DNA of 64,000 bases. Origin: the human T2T-CHM13v2.0 reference genome, Homo sapiens. Position numbers and translations under genes: made by a program. Each line of letters starts with the position of its first letter. Position 1 is the stretch's first letter. Below are positions 46,293-61,607 of the stretch, one piece after another. Location of the stretch: NCBI RefSeq assembly GCF_009914755.1, contig NC_060928.1, one strand, 5' to 3'. The notes beneath the pieces were generated by a model. The model had not been told where the DNA came from. It made no database searches and saw only the letters and a program-made list of their open reading frames with translations.

Positions 46293-49273
46293 GTGCTTTG
46301 GCTATGAGGGCTCTTTTAGTTCCATATAAATTGTAGGATTGTTTTTTTCTAGTTCTGTGAAGAATGATGATGGTATTTTGATGGGAATTTCATTGAATCT
46401 ATAGATTGCGTTTGGCACTCTGGTAATCTTCACAGTATTGATTCAACCCCTCCATGAGCATTGGATGTTTTTCCATTTGTTTGTGTCTTCTATGAATTTT
46501 TTTTCAGCAGCATTTTGTAGTTTTCTGTGTAGAGATCTTTCACCTCCTTGATTAAGTATATTCCTAAGTATTTTATATATTTTTTGTAGCTGTTGTAAGA
46601 GGGATTGTGTTCTTGATTTGAGTCTCAGCTTGGTCACTGTTGGTGTATAGCGGTGCTACTGGTTTGTAAACATTGATTTTTGTCTCTCGAAACTGTACTG
46701 AATTCATTTATCGATCTAGGAGCTTTGTGGATGAGTCTTTAGGGTTTTCTAGGTTTATGATCATATTATTGGTGAACAGTGACAATTTGACTCCCTCTTT
46801 TCCAAATTGGATGCCTTTTATTTATTCCTCTTGTCTGGTTGCTCTGGCTAAGACTCCCAGTACAACTTTCCCCATTCAGTATGATGTTGGCTGTGGGTTT
46901 GTCATAGATGGCTTTTATTATTTTGAGGTATGTCCTTCTATGCCAATTTTGTTGAGCGTTTTTATAAAGGGATGTTGGATTTTGTCAAATGCTTTTTCTA
47001 CATCTATTGAGATAATCATATGATTTTTGTTTCTAATTCTGTTTATGTGATGTATCGCATTTATTGACTTGCATATGTTAAATCATGTCTGCATCCCTGG
47101 TATGAAACCCACTTGATCACGAAGAATTATCTTTTTGATATGCTGCTGGATTTGGTTAGCTAGTGTAGTATTGAGGATTTTTACATCTATGTTCATCAGG
47201 GATATTGGTCTGTAGTTTTCTTTTTTTATGTCCTTTCCTGGTTTTGGTATTTGGTGATACTAGATTTATAGAAAGATTTAGAGAGGATTCCCTTTTTCTG
47301 TATGTTTTGGAGTAGTTTTAGTAGGATTGATATGAATTCTTTGAGTGTCTGATAGAATTCAGCTGTGAATCCATCTGGTCCTGAACTTTTTTATTGGCAA
47401 TTTTTAAATTATTGATTCAATCTTGCTGCTTGTTATTGGTCTGTTCAGAGTTTCTATCTCTTCCTGAGTTGATCTAGGAGGGTTGTATATTTCCAAGAAT
47501 TTATCCATCTTTTCTAGCTTATCTAGTTTTTGTGCAAAATGGTATTCATAGTAGCCTTGAATGATCTTTTGTATTTCTGTGATATCAGTTGTAAAATACC
47601 CCATTTCAGTTCTAATTGAGTTTATTTGAATCTTTGCTCTTCTTTTCTTTGTTAATCTCACTAATGGTCTATCAGTTTTATCTTTTCAAGGGACTAGTTT
47701 TTTGTTTTGCATATCTTTTGTATTGTTTCAATTTCATTTAGTTCTGCTCTAATCTTTGTTATTTCTTTTCTTCTACTGGGTTTGGGTTTAGTTTGTTCTT
47801 GTTTCTCAGTTCCTTGAAGTGTGACTTTAGGTTGTCTATTTGTGCTCTTTCAGAATTTTTGATGTAGGCATTTAACGCTGTGAACTTTCCTGTTAGCACC
47901 ACTTTTGTTACATCCCAGAGGTTTTGATAAGTTGTATCACTATTTTCATTTATTTCAAAGAGTTCTTAAATTTCCATCTTGATTTCATTGTTAGCTCAAA
48001 GATTATTCAGGAGCAGATTATTTAATTTCCATGTATTTGTATAGTTTTTAAGGGCTCCTTTTGGAGTTAATTTCCAGTTTTATTCCACTGTGATCTGAGA
48101 AGATACTTGATATGATTTTGATTTTTCTTAAATTTATTGAGGCTTGTTTTGTGGCCTATCATGTAGACTATCTTGGAGAATGTTTCATGTGCTGATTAGA
48201 AGAATATATATTTTGCAGTTGTTGCATAGAATATTCTGTAAATATCCAAGTCCCTTTCTTCTAGGGTATGGTTTAAGTCCATTCTTCATTGACTTTTTGT
48301 CTTTGATACGTGTCTAGTGCTGTCAGTGGAGTATTGATACCTGTCTAGTGCTTTCAGTGGAGTATTGAAGTCCCCCACTATTATAGAGTTTCTGTCTGTT
48401 GCATTTCTTAGGTCTAGCAGTAGTTTTATAAATTTGGGAGCTCCAGTGTTAGGTGCATATATATTTAAGATTGTAATATCTTCCTATTGGACTAATCCTT
48501 TTACTACGTAATGTCTTTTCCTTTTTTCAGTGTTCTTGCTTTAACATCTTTTTTGTCTGATGTAAGAATAGCTACTCCTGCTCACTTATGGTTTTCATTT
48601 TTGTGAAATATCTTTTTCTGCTGCTCCTTTACCTTATGTTATGTGAGTCCTATGTGTTAGGTGAGTCTCTTGAAGACAGCAGACACATGGCTGGTGGAAT
48701 TTTATCCATTTTGCCATTCTCCATCTTTTAAGTGGAGTGTTTAGGCCATTTATATTCAATGTTAGTATTAAGATGTGAGGTAGTTGTTCTATTTATCACA
48801 TTAGTTATTTTTTAAATACTTTTTTTTTCACTGTGAATTGTTTTTTAGGCCCTGTGAGATTCATGCTTTAAGGAGATTCTATTTTGGTCTTATTCTTGAT
48901 GACAACTAGAAGGATCTCTCTCCATGAGTGTTTTGGTACCAAATTAATTTGTCATTACAAGGTTCAGTTCAACAGTTGGTTGTCATTTGCACTGTACTTT
49001 ATATTAACTGTACATCTGTTTGTAAAAATGCTAGTATTAGTTTTCTTATCATTGATAGTAGGAGAAACAAGACAAAACCAACATAAATCCAGTAGGCCAA
49101 TGATTTAGATCTGGAGCTAATTAATTCCAATTATTAATGAATTCCAATAGCAAAGGATTGAAAATTTAGTTCATAATCTGTCATAATTTAAAATGTAAAC
49201 CCTTAACTTAAATCTTGAAGAAGAGGCTGAATCAATACAACCAGTCTAGTGAGGACTCAGAGTTAATGAATGT

Positions 49274-50419
<1,146 letters not shown>

Positions 50420-51687
50420 TATAGGCTTTAAAGATACCAGATTGTGGCTGATTTTTTACTGTATTTTCATTGCAAGAATACAGTAAAGACTAAAACTAAA
50501 TCTTTGCTCTAGCATATGCAATTATGAAAAATATGTAATGTAAAATAATTTTTCTCTTGAAAGCTAGTTTGTGGCTAGCCAATTTTTATAAAGCATCAAC
50601 AATTAACTCTGTACTGGCAATACAAAGGAAGGCTGACTTGTTGCAGCCAGAAATTTACTGATATTCTTGCTTTTAATCTTGACTTCTTTAATATTGTCTT
50701 ATTCCATCTCACTCACTCAGGACTGGTTTTGCTTATTCTGTCTCAAGGTCTAAATATGAATGTTAAGCCTCAGAATGGAGGAAGCCAGATATCCTGGCTT
50801 TCAAATTTAGTTCTGGACTACCAAACAAAAACAAAAACAGAAACAAACAAAAAAACACCTACCTAGGTTTGCTACTGGAAGCAGTGGTAGTCGAGTAGAA
50901 GTTGAAAAGAAAGGCAAGAAAAGTGGAAAGAGAAAAAGCATGAAATGGCTGCAGGAAATGAAGAAATACTTAGGAAGCAGGCATTTTACTATTTTGAATG
51001 AAAACTAATACTATGAATCATTCCTTATATATATATTTGTTTTATTTTCAATACTAATTAAATTCATCAACCTAAAATTTTAAATTTCTATGTTCAATAT
51101 TGTTTTATGTATAACCAGTCTATACACCTATACACTTTTATTGTCAAAGTTCATCTTTTATATTTTTTAGTATAGTTTTTATGATATTTGAGTGTCTAAA
51201 AATGTCTTTCTCTTAGAGTCTTGAAGGATAATTTAACTGTTTATACAGAATTATAGGTAAGTAGTCTCACCTCCACTCTTGCATATTGATGATTTTAGCC
51301 TGGTGTTCTATGTAGTCTGTTGCTATTGATGATGACTTAATGCTGTCAATCTAACGGCAACTTCTTTTTTCTTATTGGTAGCATTTAAAAGTTTATTTTC
51401 ATCCTTGCATACATTCTTCAGTTCTGTGATGTGTTACGATGTTATTTATTTTTCATTCTGCTCAGCACTTTGAATCAAGGCCTTCTTTTTATTATGTTGA
51501 CTTTCTTTTAATTCTTAAATTCTTAGCCATTTTTTTATATTTCTTCTCTGTCATTTCTACTATCTTCTAGAACTACTATAAGAATTATGTTGGAGATTAT
51601 CCTACTTGTTTTCTAAATGTGTCTTTATCAGTTGTAGGTTTTTTAGATTTTATTTATTTATTTATTTATTTGATCTCCTTCTGGTAG

Positions 51688-51980
<293 letters not shown>

Positions 51981-52001
51981 TCTAATTTTTTAATGTCAAC
52001 A

Positions 52002-52825
52002 TGTGGTAGACACAACCCAAAGTGGCACCCTCAAAGATGTTGTATTATTTACATCTCTTGACTATGGGCAGAACCTGTGATTTGCATTCAACCAGTTAAA
52101 TATGGCAAAGGTGATGAGACATAACAGCCTTGATTACATTTTACATGAGAATGTCTTTGAAGGTTAGAGTGGTAGACTGTCCTGCAGGTCTTGAAAAAGT
52201 AAGCTGCCATGCTGTCATCTGCTTGTGGAAAGGACTACACATCAAGGAACTATAGGCATCCTCTAGGATCTGAGGGCTTCAGTTCTACAACTGTAGGGAA
52301 ATGAATTCTGCCAACAACCACATGAACTTGGAAGTTGACCTTCAAATCCAGAGAGGGCATAGCACAGCCAGTACCTTATTTGCAGTCTTAATGAGTTCCA
52401 GCTAAGCCTTGCCTGGGCTTCTGACCTGTGGAAACTGTTAGATAATAAATGTTTGTCATTTTCAGCTGCCCAATTTGTGGTAATTGGTTATGCAGCAATA
52501 TAAAACTAAGGCTGGGAGCAGTGGCTCACGCTTATAATCCTAGCACTTTGGAGGCTGAGGTGGGCAGATCACCTGAGGTCAGGAGTTTGAGACCGGCCTG
52601 GCCAACATGGTAAAACCCCATCTCTACTAAAAATACAAATTAGCTAGGTGTGGTGGCCTGTGCCTGTAATCCCAGCTACACAGGAGGCTGAGGCAGGAGA
52701 ATCACTGGAACCTGGGAGGCAGAGGCTACAGTGAAGCTGAGACTGCGTCATTGCACTCCAGCCTGGGTGGCGGAGTGAGACTCCGTATCAAAAAAAATTA
52801 AAAAAATAAAAATAAAACTAAGACA
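52002..52825 (+). mobile_element. MLT1 (F/G/H-type) LTR with an Alu inserted just before its 3' end
   Basis: tgtggtagac...aatgaattctgccaacaacc...tttgtggtaattggttatgcagcaata; resumes as aactaagaca after the Alu. Confidence 0.75.
52510..52811 (+). mobile_element. Alu (Sx/Sq-like)
   Basis: Full dimer; TSD ataaaactaa (52500-52509, 52812-52821). Confidence 0.94.
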
Positions 52826-53614
52826 AACTGTTTCCCACTTAAAGTTTATCATTTTCCATATTTTGTTTTACTTTAATGAATATAGTTTCTTTGTAAAAAT
52901 TTCTAATTTTATTTCAGTATTACTGTTAATTTTTTAGATATTCTTTCATTTCATTAATGAGGATACTAACAATGTATACCTTAAAATCTGTACCAAGTGT
53001 TTTGTTAATGTAGTTACAGCTAGAATTGAATCTTTGGGGGGGTATTTTTTAATATTAGATTTCACGTGCTTTGGAATTTTGGTTAGCATGCTTATCACAT
53101 GTGTGGAGTTTGTTCTTGCTCTTTTTAATTTTTCTGCTTGCTCATGAGTTTGGCTTTGGTTGTCTCCACCCATAACTCCAAAACCAAGTCTTATTATGGC
53201 AGTACTAGGAGTTCTGCCCTAGATGATTTCAGAATGATCACAGATTTTATTACCAAGTCAACAAGTGGCTTGGCTTACTTTCTAGTGGAAGAGCTTTGTT
53301 TGTAAGCTTCCACCTTCTTAGGCATGCTACTTTTTCTTAAACAACAACAAAACAATCCCATAGCTACTGCTGGGATTTTTTTCATAAAAAGAAAATTACA
53401 CCCTGACCTCTAGCTTTAAGCAGTGAGTGGAGTCCAGCCCCTGCATGTGTGAGGCAGCTTTTAGTCCACTTTACCTCAATGCAGCCAAGCACCTGGTGCT
53501 TCTGCCCGCTTCTCTCAGCCAACACTAGACTCTCATCATGTTTACCAATTTACATTTCTGTGTTTCTGATCTACAAAAAAATGTATCTTGTTTTTATTAT
53601 GACTTTTTAGCCTT

Positions 53615-54337
53615 TGTATTAGTTTGCTATGGCTGCCATAACAAATAGCACAGACTGGGTGGCCTAAACCAGGAGTCCCCAACCCCTGGGCCATGAATTA
53701 ATACCTGTCCCTGGCCTGTTAGGAACCGGGCTGCACAGCAGGAGGTGAGAGGTAGACAAGCAAGCATCACTGCCTGAGCCCTGCCTCCTGTCAGATCAAT
53801 GATGGCATTAGATTCTCATAAGAATGCGAACCCTATTGTGAACTGCACATGCAAGGAATCTAGGTTGCATGCTCCTTATGAGAATCTAAGGCCTGATGAT
53901 CTGAGGTGGAACAGTTTCACCCTGAAACCTGAAACTGTCCTCCTCCCCACCCACTGCCAGTCTGTGGAAAAATGGTCTTTCCACATATCAATCTCTGGTG
54001 CCAAAAAGGTTGGGGACCACTGGCCTAAACAATGGAAACTTATCTGCTCATGATCTGAAGACCAGAAGTCCGAGATTAAGATGTATGTAGGGTTGGTCTC
54101 CTCTAGGGCCTTTCTCCTTGGCTTGCACATGGACCTCTCCTCTGTGTTTTCACATGGCCTTCTATCTCTGCCTGTGTCATTTTTCTTATAAAGACATTGG
54201 TCATATTGGATTAGGGTCCACCCTAATGACCTCATCTAAGTTACTTCTTTGAAGGCCCTGTCTCCAAATACAGCCACGTTTGAGGTAATGGGGACTTCAC
54301 CATATGAATTTTGGAGGTCATAATTGAGCCTACAATA
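53615..54337 (-). mobile_element. MLT1A0/B-type MaLR LTR interrupted by MER1B
   Basis: tgtattagtttgctatggctgccataacaaa...attggattagggtccaccctaatgacctcat; flanks gcctt/gtctt. Confidence 0.82.
53670..54022 (+). mobile_element. MER1B (hAT-Charlie MITE)
   Basis: TIRs caggagtccccaacc / ggttggggaccactg; perfect 8-bp TSD gcctaaac (53662-53669, 54023-54030). Confidence 0.9.
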
Positions 54338-56484
54338 GTCTTTTTATTTGGAAATGATCCAGCATCGTTAGAATATTGAATATACTGTGGTAGGGGTGGG
54401 AAATGGGACACTTTCTTCACTTATTGCACGTATGGCTGTATATGCTTCCGAGTGAACTGAAAATCCATTTCTTTTGAGATCTATTTTTATTTCTTTTCCC
54501 TAACTTAAAACACATAACATGTATCTGCTTATTTTTATACTTCTGATTAGTAGGGTAATATCTAAATTCATTCTTCTAATTGTACAAGCTTGTTGTATAC
54601 TTGTACAAGATTTGGAATGGTAAAAACTGATCATACGTTGCATAAGATGTAATAATCTCATATTGTGCCACGTGGCCTCTGTTTTAGGACATATAACCAC
54701 TGGGGTTTGGAATTTGACTAAGAGCAGGACATTGACTGCAGTCTGCCCTCCTCACTTACTCTGAAGCTGAATGGAGCTAAGAGACTGCTTTGGATCACCT
54801 CCATTCTAGTTTGCTGCACTGTGCAAAAAACTTTGAGCTTCTTCTTCTAGTTAATAAAAACACAACTGCAAAATTAATTAAAATGTTGTTTCCTAACTTC
54901 TACCTTCAGCTATTCCTGGGTGATTAGAGCAAATTATTAATGCAGTGCTTCCTCTGATTATGACAATGAAAGCGAGAAGTGCATTTAATTAGAAGGCCTC
55001 TGAATTTTTATAAATCACCAACTTTTCACATTTCTCCGTTAGTTTTGCAGAAGAAGCATCCAATACACTCCCAGCACTTGTCTGGTGTCTCTTCACAAGA
55101 TGTTAGGTGCATTGCTAGCTCTATTTCCTCTACCCAAAGGTGCAGAGGGGGCTGAGACTTGCAGAAGCTGTACCAAAGAGTGGGAAAGACAATCAAGTGC
55201 CAAGAAGCTCTTCCCTCTCTTACCCTTCCCAGTGGTGAGCAGATTACTGTTTACCAAACTGACTTTTTAAAAAAGTGTATTTATTCACATCTCTATCAGG
55301 ATGTATCAGTGGTGTCTTGCAATTACTATTGGCAGTTGTGTTGCAGTTGACATCACAACAAATCTCTGCTTCTCATCTTCCACCTTTCTGAGTTACCTTT
55401 TCCTTTAATAGCTCAAGAAAATGGCTCCAACTCCCATTTGTCACGCTGTGTGGAAAGAAGAGCTACAAATCCTTTTCCTTCCAGATGAAGGAACATAGAT
55501 TATCTAGAAGGTATACATTGTTTAAATCATGCTTTTACAACTTCTCTGTCATCTAGTCCAAATGTTGCTTATGATGTTAGAGATTATTTTTTGAAAGATC
55601 TTTTCGACATTTCCTACATAGAAAAAAATATTGCTAAAATAAAGCTAATGTTTAAAGTAGGCTTTCTGTAACGTTTTGAGGTAAAATAAATCAATTAAAA
55701 CAACTAAAGTAAAAAGTAACATAGATGAAATTCTCCAATCTTTTTCCTTACAGAATTTCTAATGCATTATGTACTTCCATAGGCTTTAGTGGAGATTTTT
55801 CCTTTTTTTATCCTTTATGCTAGGACTTGGTCTCTTCTCTAGGCACTAGCAGACAGCTCCAAAGTTCTTGTTTTTTGCTGTCCAGAGAGATTTAATTTAA
55901 AAATAGTCATCTAAATAGCACTTATTTGGCTATATCTAAAAATGAGGAAGTCCTTGCCTTTCTCCACTTACTCTAAGACCAAGCATTTGCTTGCTAAAAG
56001 CGAATCATCTCTGTTGGAGACAAATTCTTGCCACTCTTAGAAAGCATAAGAAACTCAAACTGTTTTGTTTTTTTAAATACCAAATTATTTTCCCTTACAT
56101 TTATTTCTATAGACGCAACTGCCTATAGACTTACTTCTTGGATGCCCTGTCACTAGTTACTTCAAACTACAATGTTTAAAACTCAGATTCAAAATGTTCA
56201 ACTGAACTTATCATGAAGACCTTCAAAACCTGTTTCTCATCTTGAATTTCATCTCAGTGATTAAGTACTCATCTAGTTGTCCAGAATTGTTATCTTGGAT
56301 TTCATCTTAGATTTCTCCCTCTTATTCAATCCCCAAATTCAATTACTATATCCATTCTACATGCTAGAAATTTCTAGAATCTGGCAAACTTTTTCCAAGT
56401 CCCCTGTCTTAGTGTAGGTTAGTACCAACTATACATCTCGACTCCATCTTTCCATTATTTTTTCACCTCAGGTAAGTGAGGGTC

Positions 56485-56952
56485 TGATGGGTAGAGTTTA
56501 AGGTAGCTCCATGACTGCCACCTCCTAGTGTTGATGCCTGTATAATCCTGTCCTCTTGAGTGTAGGTGGGAATCTGTGATTTGTTTCTATTAATAACTAA
56601 TAGAATGACAAATAAGGGATTTTACTCATGTAGTTACATCATATGCAACCATATATCAAATTCACTCTATCCATTTCTGACTTTGAAGAAGCAACCTACC
56701 ATGTATCCTACAGACACAAGGAAAAGAATTCTGGTAGCAATCTGGGGAAGCTTGGAAGAGGATCTTTCCCTAGCTGAGCCTCTGATGAGAACCAAGTCTT
56801 AGTAGACACCTTGACTGAAGACTTGTGAAATCATAAGCAGAGGACCCAGCTAAGCCATGTCATGACTTCTGAGTCACAGAACTGTGAGATAATGTGTTGT
56901 TTTAAACCACTAAGTTTGTGGTAATTTGCTACATAGCAATAGACAGCATACA
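56485..56952 (+). mobile_element. MLT1 (F/G-type) LTR
   Basis: cttgagtgtaggtgggaatctgtgatttgtttcta...cactaagtttgtggtaatttgctacatagcaatag. Confidence 0.75.
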
Positions 56953-57024
56953 GATTCCTTACATAAAATGTGATCATGTTACTACTAAGCAAAAAATAAA
57001 TAAATAAAAAAGCCTATTAATGAC

Positions 57025-57395
57025 TGCTATGGCTTGAATGGGTCCCCCAAAGTTCATGTGTTAGAAACTTGATCCACAATGTGGGGGTTTTGGTAGGGGA
57101 GCCTAAAGAGAGGTGTTTGGGTTATAAGGATACCTCCCTCACAAATGGATTAATGCTGTTTTTGCAGGAGTGAGTTTGTTGTCATTGCAGGAGTGGGTTA
57201 GGCCCTCTCTTATTCTCTCTTGTCCATGTGATGCCTTTTGCCATGTTATGATGCAGCAAAAAGGCCCTCCTAAGATGCTGCCGCCTTGATCTTAAACTTC
57301 CCGTTTTTGAGAACCATAAGCTGATAAATTTTTGTTTTTTGTAAATTACCCAGCCTTCAGTATTCTGTGATAGCAGCACAAAAGAGACTAAGATA
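57025..57395 (+). mobile_element. MST (MSTC/D-like) MaLR solo LTR
   Basis: tgctatggcttgaatgggtcccccaaagttcatgtgtt...gactaagata; 5-bp TSD atgac (57020-57024, 57396-57400). Confidence 0.87.
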
Positions 57396-60300
57396 ATGAC
57401 TTAACATTTCCCCCAGGGTTGAATCAAAACTCTTAACAAGACCCTTTACTCCACCACCCTTACTTAAATTTCCATCATTGTTGAAATTTGTTTCAGCTTA
57501 TCAGATGAACCATTCTCTCCCTTTCTGCCCCAGATGTTTGTACATATTCTTTATAGTTTACATTCTCCTCTGGCTGCTTTTCTCCTCCCAACATCCTCTC
57601 CTCTTTTTAACGAATTCTTACTCATAAATTTAAGTTCTGGTTTAGGTCTGACTATTTCTGGGAAGCTTTCCCTGACCCAAGCAGTTGGGTTAGGTACCCT
57701 GTTATTTTTTTCTCTCATATTTCATTATAATTGCTTGTTTGTCTATTCTTCTCAGTAGAGTCAATGAACCACGAGGAGAAAGATCGTATCTTTCTTGCTG
57801 ATAAGTATATCATCAGTGTCTGACCCTGAGTTAGGGCTCATTAATTATCTGTTCTATGAATAAATGAATGGCTTATGATAAATAGAGACTAAATTTGACA
57901 CTTGACTTTTAGTATCAATAACTAGAACCACAGGACACTGTCTTGCTGGGGAATCATAGGAGTGTTCACATTATGCAGCCCCAAGGTGACTCCTAAGACT
58001 CAGGGTGCTTTTCCCATTCTCTTTCTGTCCTTACAACCTCAACTAGCTCCTGTCCTTCCCCTAAAAAGATTCTTGCATCCACTTTATTTTTTGGTATTCT
58101 CACCATCAAGATAGTATTTGTTTCTTCCACAAAGTCATGTTTATAATTCTTTACTTTTAGGAAGGCTATAGTAACAGAAGTCCATAGTACAGAAGTGGAG
58201 GAGTTAAAAAAAATCACATTTACATAGCTCATACAATCATGGTCCAAGATCAAAATTTACTGACTGCTTTTTGAAAAAGTAACTGGAAGTTCCCTTTAGA
58301 CTTCTAACTTTTGCGTCTGTTTTCAAGGATAACAGTAAAATATTCATCCTTAAGTTCTGACTTAGCAGTAAAGATATACTTATTTCTTTCTTTTCTTCTC
58401 CTTCTAATAAGAAATCAAAGTGGAGCAATAAGTATCTTTTTGTCTTATTAATTTGCATTTCAGAAGATTTCCATTTTTATCAAGACTTTTACCCAGAACA
58501 AATCTCTTGTATCATTTCTCTTGGACATTCCCTGGAATTACTGCTAAAATTTATTTATAGCCTATCTAGTCAGGATGTATCTAGAATACTTTGAATAAAC
58601 TTGCTGTGGTTGTAATATGTTGATATGGTGTTGATAAAGTAAGAAATACTGAAATTAACTAGCATAATTAGGGATTCATGAAAATCTTAAGTCAAGCTTA
58701 TGACTTTTCCCCTAGTGGCTAGAAATTAAATAACTGTTGAAATAATAAAGTGGTCAGTTCACATTAGAAAACAACATACTCTTTCATAAGGTATGTAGGA
58801 AAATGACGTTTGTGTTATTTGTGCAGAATAAACTATTCACCATTAAGTAACTAACTACAATGGTATAACGAATCAGTCAGGTCTGGGAAAGAAATATTAA
58901 GCCAGAAGTAAATAAAAGCCTCATATAAGTAATTATCTTTCTTACACGTTATCTTGTATTTGAGAAATAAAAATTATCTTGATTTTCTAAAGCGTCAAAG
59001 GTTTCAAACTGCAAAATAAGTAAAAATGATATCCTGCTTTCATAGATATCATTGCTTTATTTGATAACATTCTTGAATATCTTCTTTTTGACAATTATCA
59101 ATATCTGGTAGCCTAGCTGGTAGGATGTTGTGTCTCCTTTTTCCCTGCTTCAATGGTTAAATGTAGAGATACATATTTCAGTTTGCTTTTAATAATGAAG
59201 GCCCTTCTGTGGCATAATTTATCTCATATGTATAAAAGAGTTTTGGCCAGACTGTGAGGATTAAATTTTTAAATAACAAAGGGATCAGAGTGAGTACCTC
59301 TGGTCTTCACCTTTGAAAACAAATCACATAAGTCAGGCTACTTAAACCACATGCTGGTAATACATATTAAATAGTTTACTGATTTATTTTCAGCATTACT
59401 ATTTTTCCCAGAGGATTCAAACACCCTTAAATGTGACTTATAGGAAATGTGCTCACAATTGATTACTATTATCATCCACTATGCAGAGTACTTGAAAGTT
59501 CATTGTTTATCAAAGAAAACAAAACCTTACCAGAGCAAAATCTATTTTTAGATTGTCATAATTTACTTTTAAAGGTCACCTTCAAATAATACATTAATGC
59601 ATTATTTGTATATACAGTAGCCTTCTCTGGGGATATGTTGAAACACATTGCTATCCATCAAAATGCTTTCTGTTCATGTTTTTCACCCACAGATTTAGGC
59701 CTTTTTCATTATAAGTGCTTATTGTGCACTGTGGCTGTTAACTTTTGCCATTTGAGGTGTGCTGCAACACTAACACAAGCTCATTTTCTCCTCTTTACAA
59801 TTTCACAATACATAAATAAGAAAGCTCACGTTGATGGCCTAATCCGTGATTTCTTGAGGCTTAAGTCAAAAGAAATCCATGCTTTCTACATGGTAAGAAA
59901 TCATTGTGTTTTTATCTATAAAATGCATACTTAAGCATAATCGTAGAAATATTAATAAGAAATACATTACTTTGTGGACTGACTGGAAACTTAGAAGTCA
60001 GGAATTTGGAACTCAAACCTAATTTTGAATTCAAATCCCACATCTTTCACTGATTCAATCTGACACGGTAGCCCAATAGCCTCAACTTGGTTATTGTGGC
60101 CAAACCAAAATGTATGCCAACTGAACGTTTATTTGAAGCCTGTTCACTTTAGTGGTTCCTCTAATAATAATCTTTCTGAGTTAAAAAAGGATGCCCTAAA
60201 TATCTACACTGCTGATTCCCTTGTAAAGCTGGTTAATAAATAACAGAATGAAGCAGAATCTCAACAAAGTTCTTTAGCTTTACTTATTGGATTAAAAAAT

Positions 60301-61297
60301 ATTTCATTGTCAAAGCACAAATATGGCACTGTTTCCTTCTTCCTTTGCCACATCAAAATTTTCTACGTTGTCTCAGAAAAACAAAAACAATATTAGAACA
60401 TCATGTAAATTGGCTTGTTAAATTTAAAGGGATGTGCAAATAAAAAATGATCCATCAAGCGTAAATGTTCACCATATGGTCTGCCTGTGTATTTTAAAAC
60501 AATTTGATGTGAATTTGCCATTCTATAGTAAATCCTAAATAATTAGGAAGCATTCATAACAATGTAAAGCTTCTACTCAGTTTATGCTAAAATTGTGGAG
60601 ATGGATATGGTACTTGTACATATATACCTACGCCAGCCAAGATTTTTCAGATTTTAGAAAATACAATTTATTTAGAATTCTGTTTTTCAACTGAGATTTT
60701 ACATTCATTCTATCTTTTCAGCAGTCTATTGTAAATTGTTTTATGCTATTTAACATTAATTTGTCATGGTCTAGTTGGACATAAAAGCAAAGATTACACT
60801 TCTCTAAACACTAAATTGGGAAACTCTGACAAAGTCCTCTACTTTTGTCCCATCCTGACTTCTCCCCAGAATATCCATTTGGCTTTAGAATTTATGTGCT
60901 TCTCAGATATGGAAATAACTTAATTGGCATGACAAATAATCATTAAGCTACATTCTTATTACCTAGTGAATAACTCACTTCAACTGAGTGGAAATTAAAT
61001 TAATTGACTTCAGGATCCATGGATCCTTGATTATAATATGCAACCTAATTAGCATTAGTAATATTTTATAGAGAGCTAGAAATATGCGTGTTTGCTAAAT
61101 AGTATATTCATTCTTGACAAGTTCTTCTCATGTAAAAGCAATACAATTTAGAATATATTACATCCAATCAGGAAATAGAATTTTCTGGAAAAATATATAA
61201 CATATTATGAATCATTTTTACCTGAAATTTTTTATTGTAAAAACTCAGGTTTCAACATAAGTAAATAGATTGAATGCTACCACTGTCATCTCTTTTT

Positions 61298-61607
61298 TCT
61301 TTTTCTTTTTTTTTTTTTTTTTGAGATGGAGTTTCGCTCTTGTTGCCCAGGCTGGAATGCAATGGCACGATCTTGGCTCATGGCAACCTCTGCCTCCCAG
61401 GCTTCAAGCTATTCTCCTGCCTTAGCCTCCCGAGTAGCTGGGATTACAAGCATGTGCCACCACACCTGGCTAATTTTGTATTTTTAGTAGAGACAGGGTT
61501 TGTTCATGTTGGTCAGGCTGGTCTCGACCTCCCGACCTCAGGTGATCCACCTGCCTTGGCTTCTCAAAGTGCTGGGATTACAGGCGTGAGAGCCACCACG
61601 CCTGGCA
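61298..61607 (-). mobile_element. AluSp-like
   Basis: gagtttcgctcttgttgcccagg and aatggc diagnostics; TSD ctgtc(a/t)tctcttttt. Confidence 0.94.

Larger units (their letters stand above)
56100..57870 (+). mobile_element. L2 remnant split by two MaLR LTRs
   Basis: L2-like motifs at 56100-56470 and 57400-57870, ending tgaataaatgaatg. Confidence 0.45.

Noticed and set aside
56468-56477. Perfect splice donor cag|gtaagt
   Set aside because: It lies in an L2 remnant with no convincing upstream exon; one such match in 64 kb is unsurprising.
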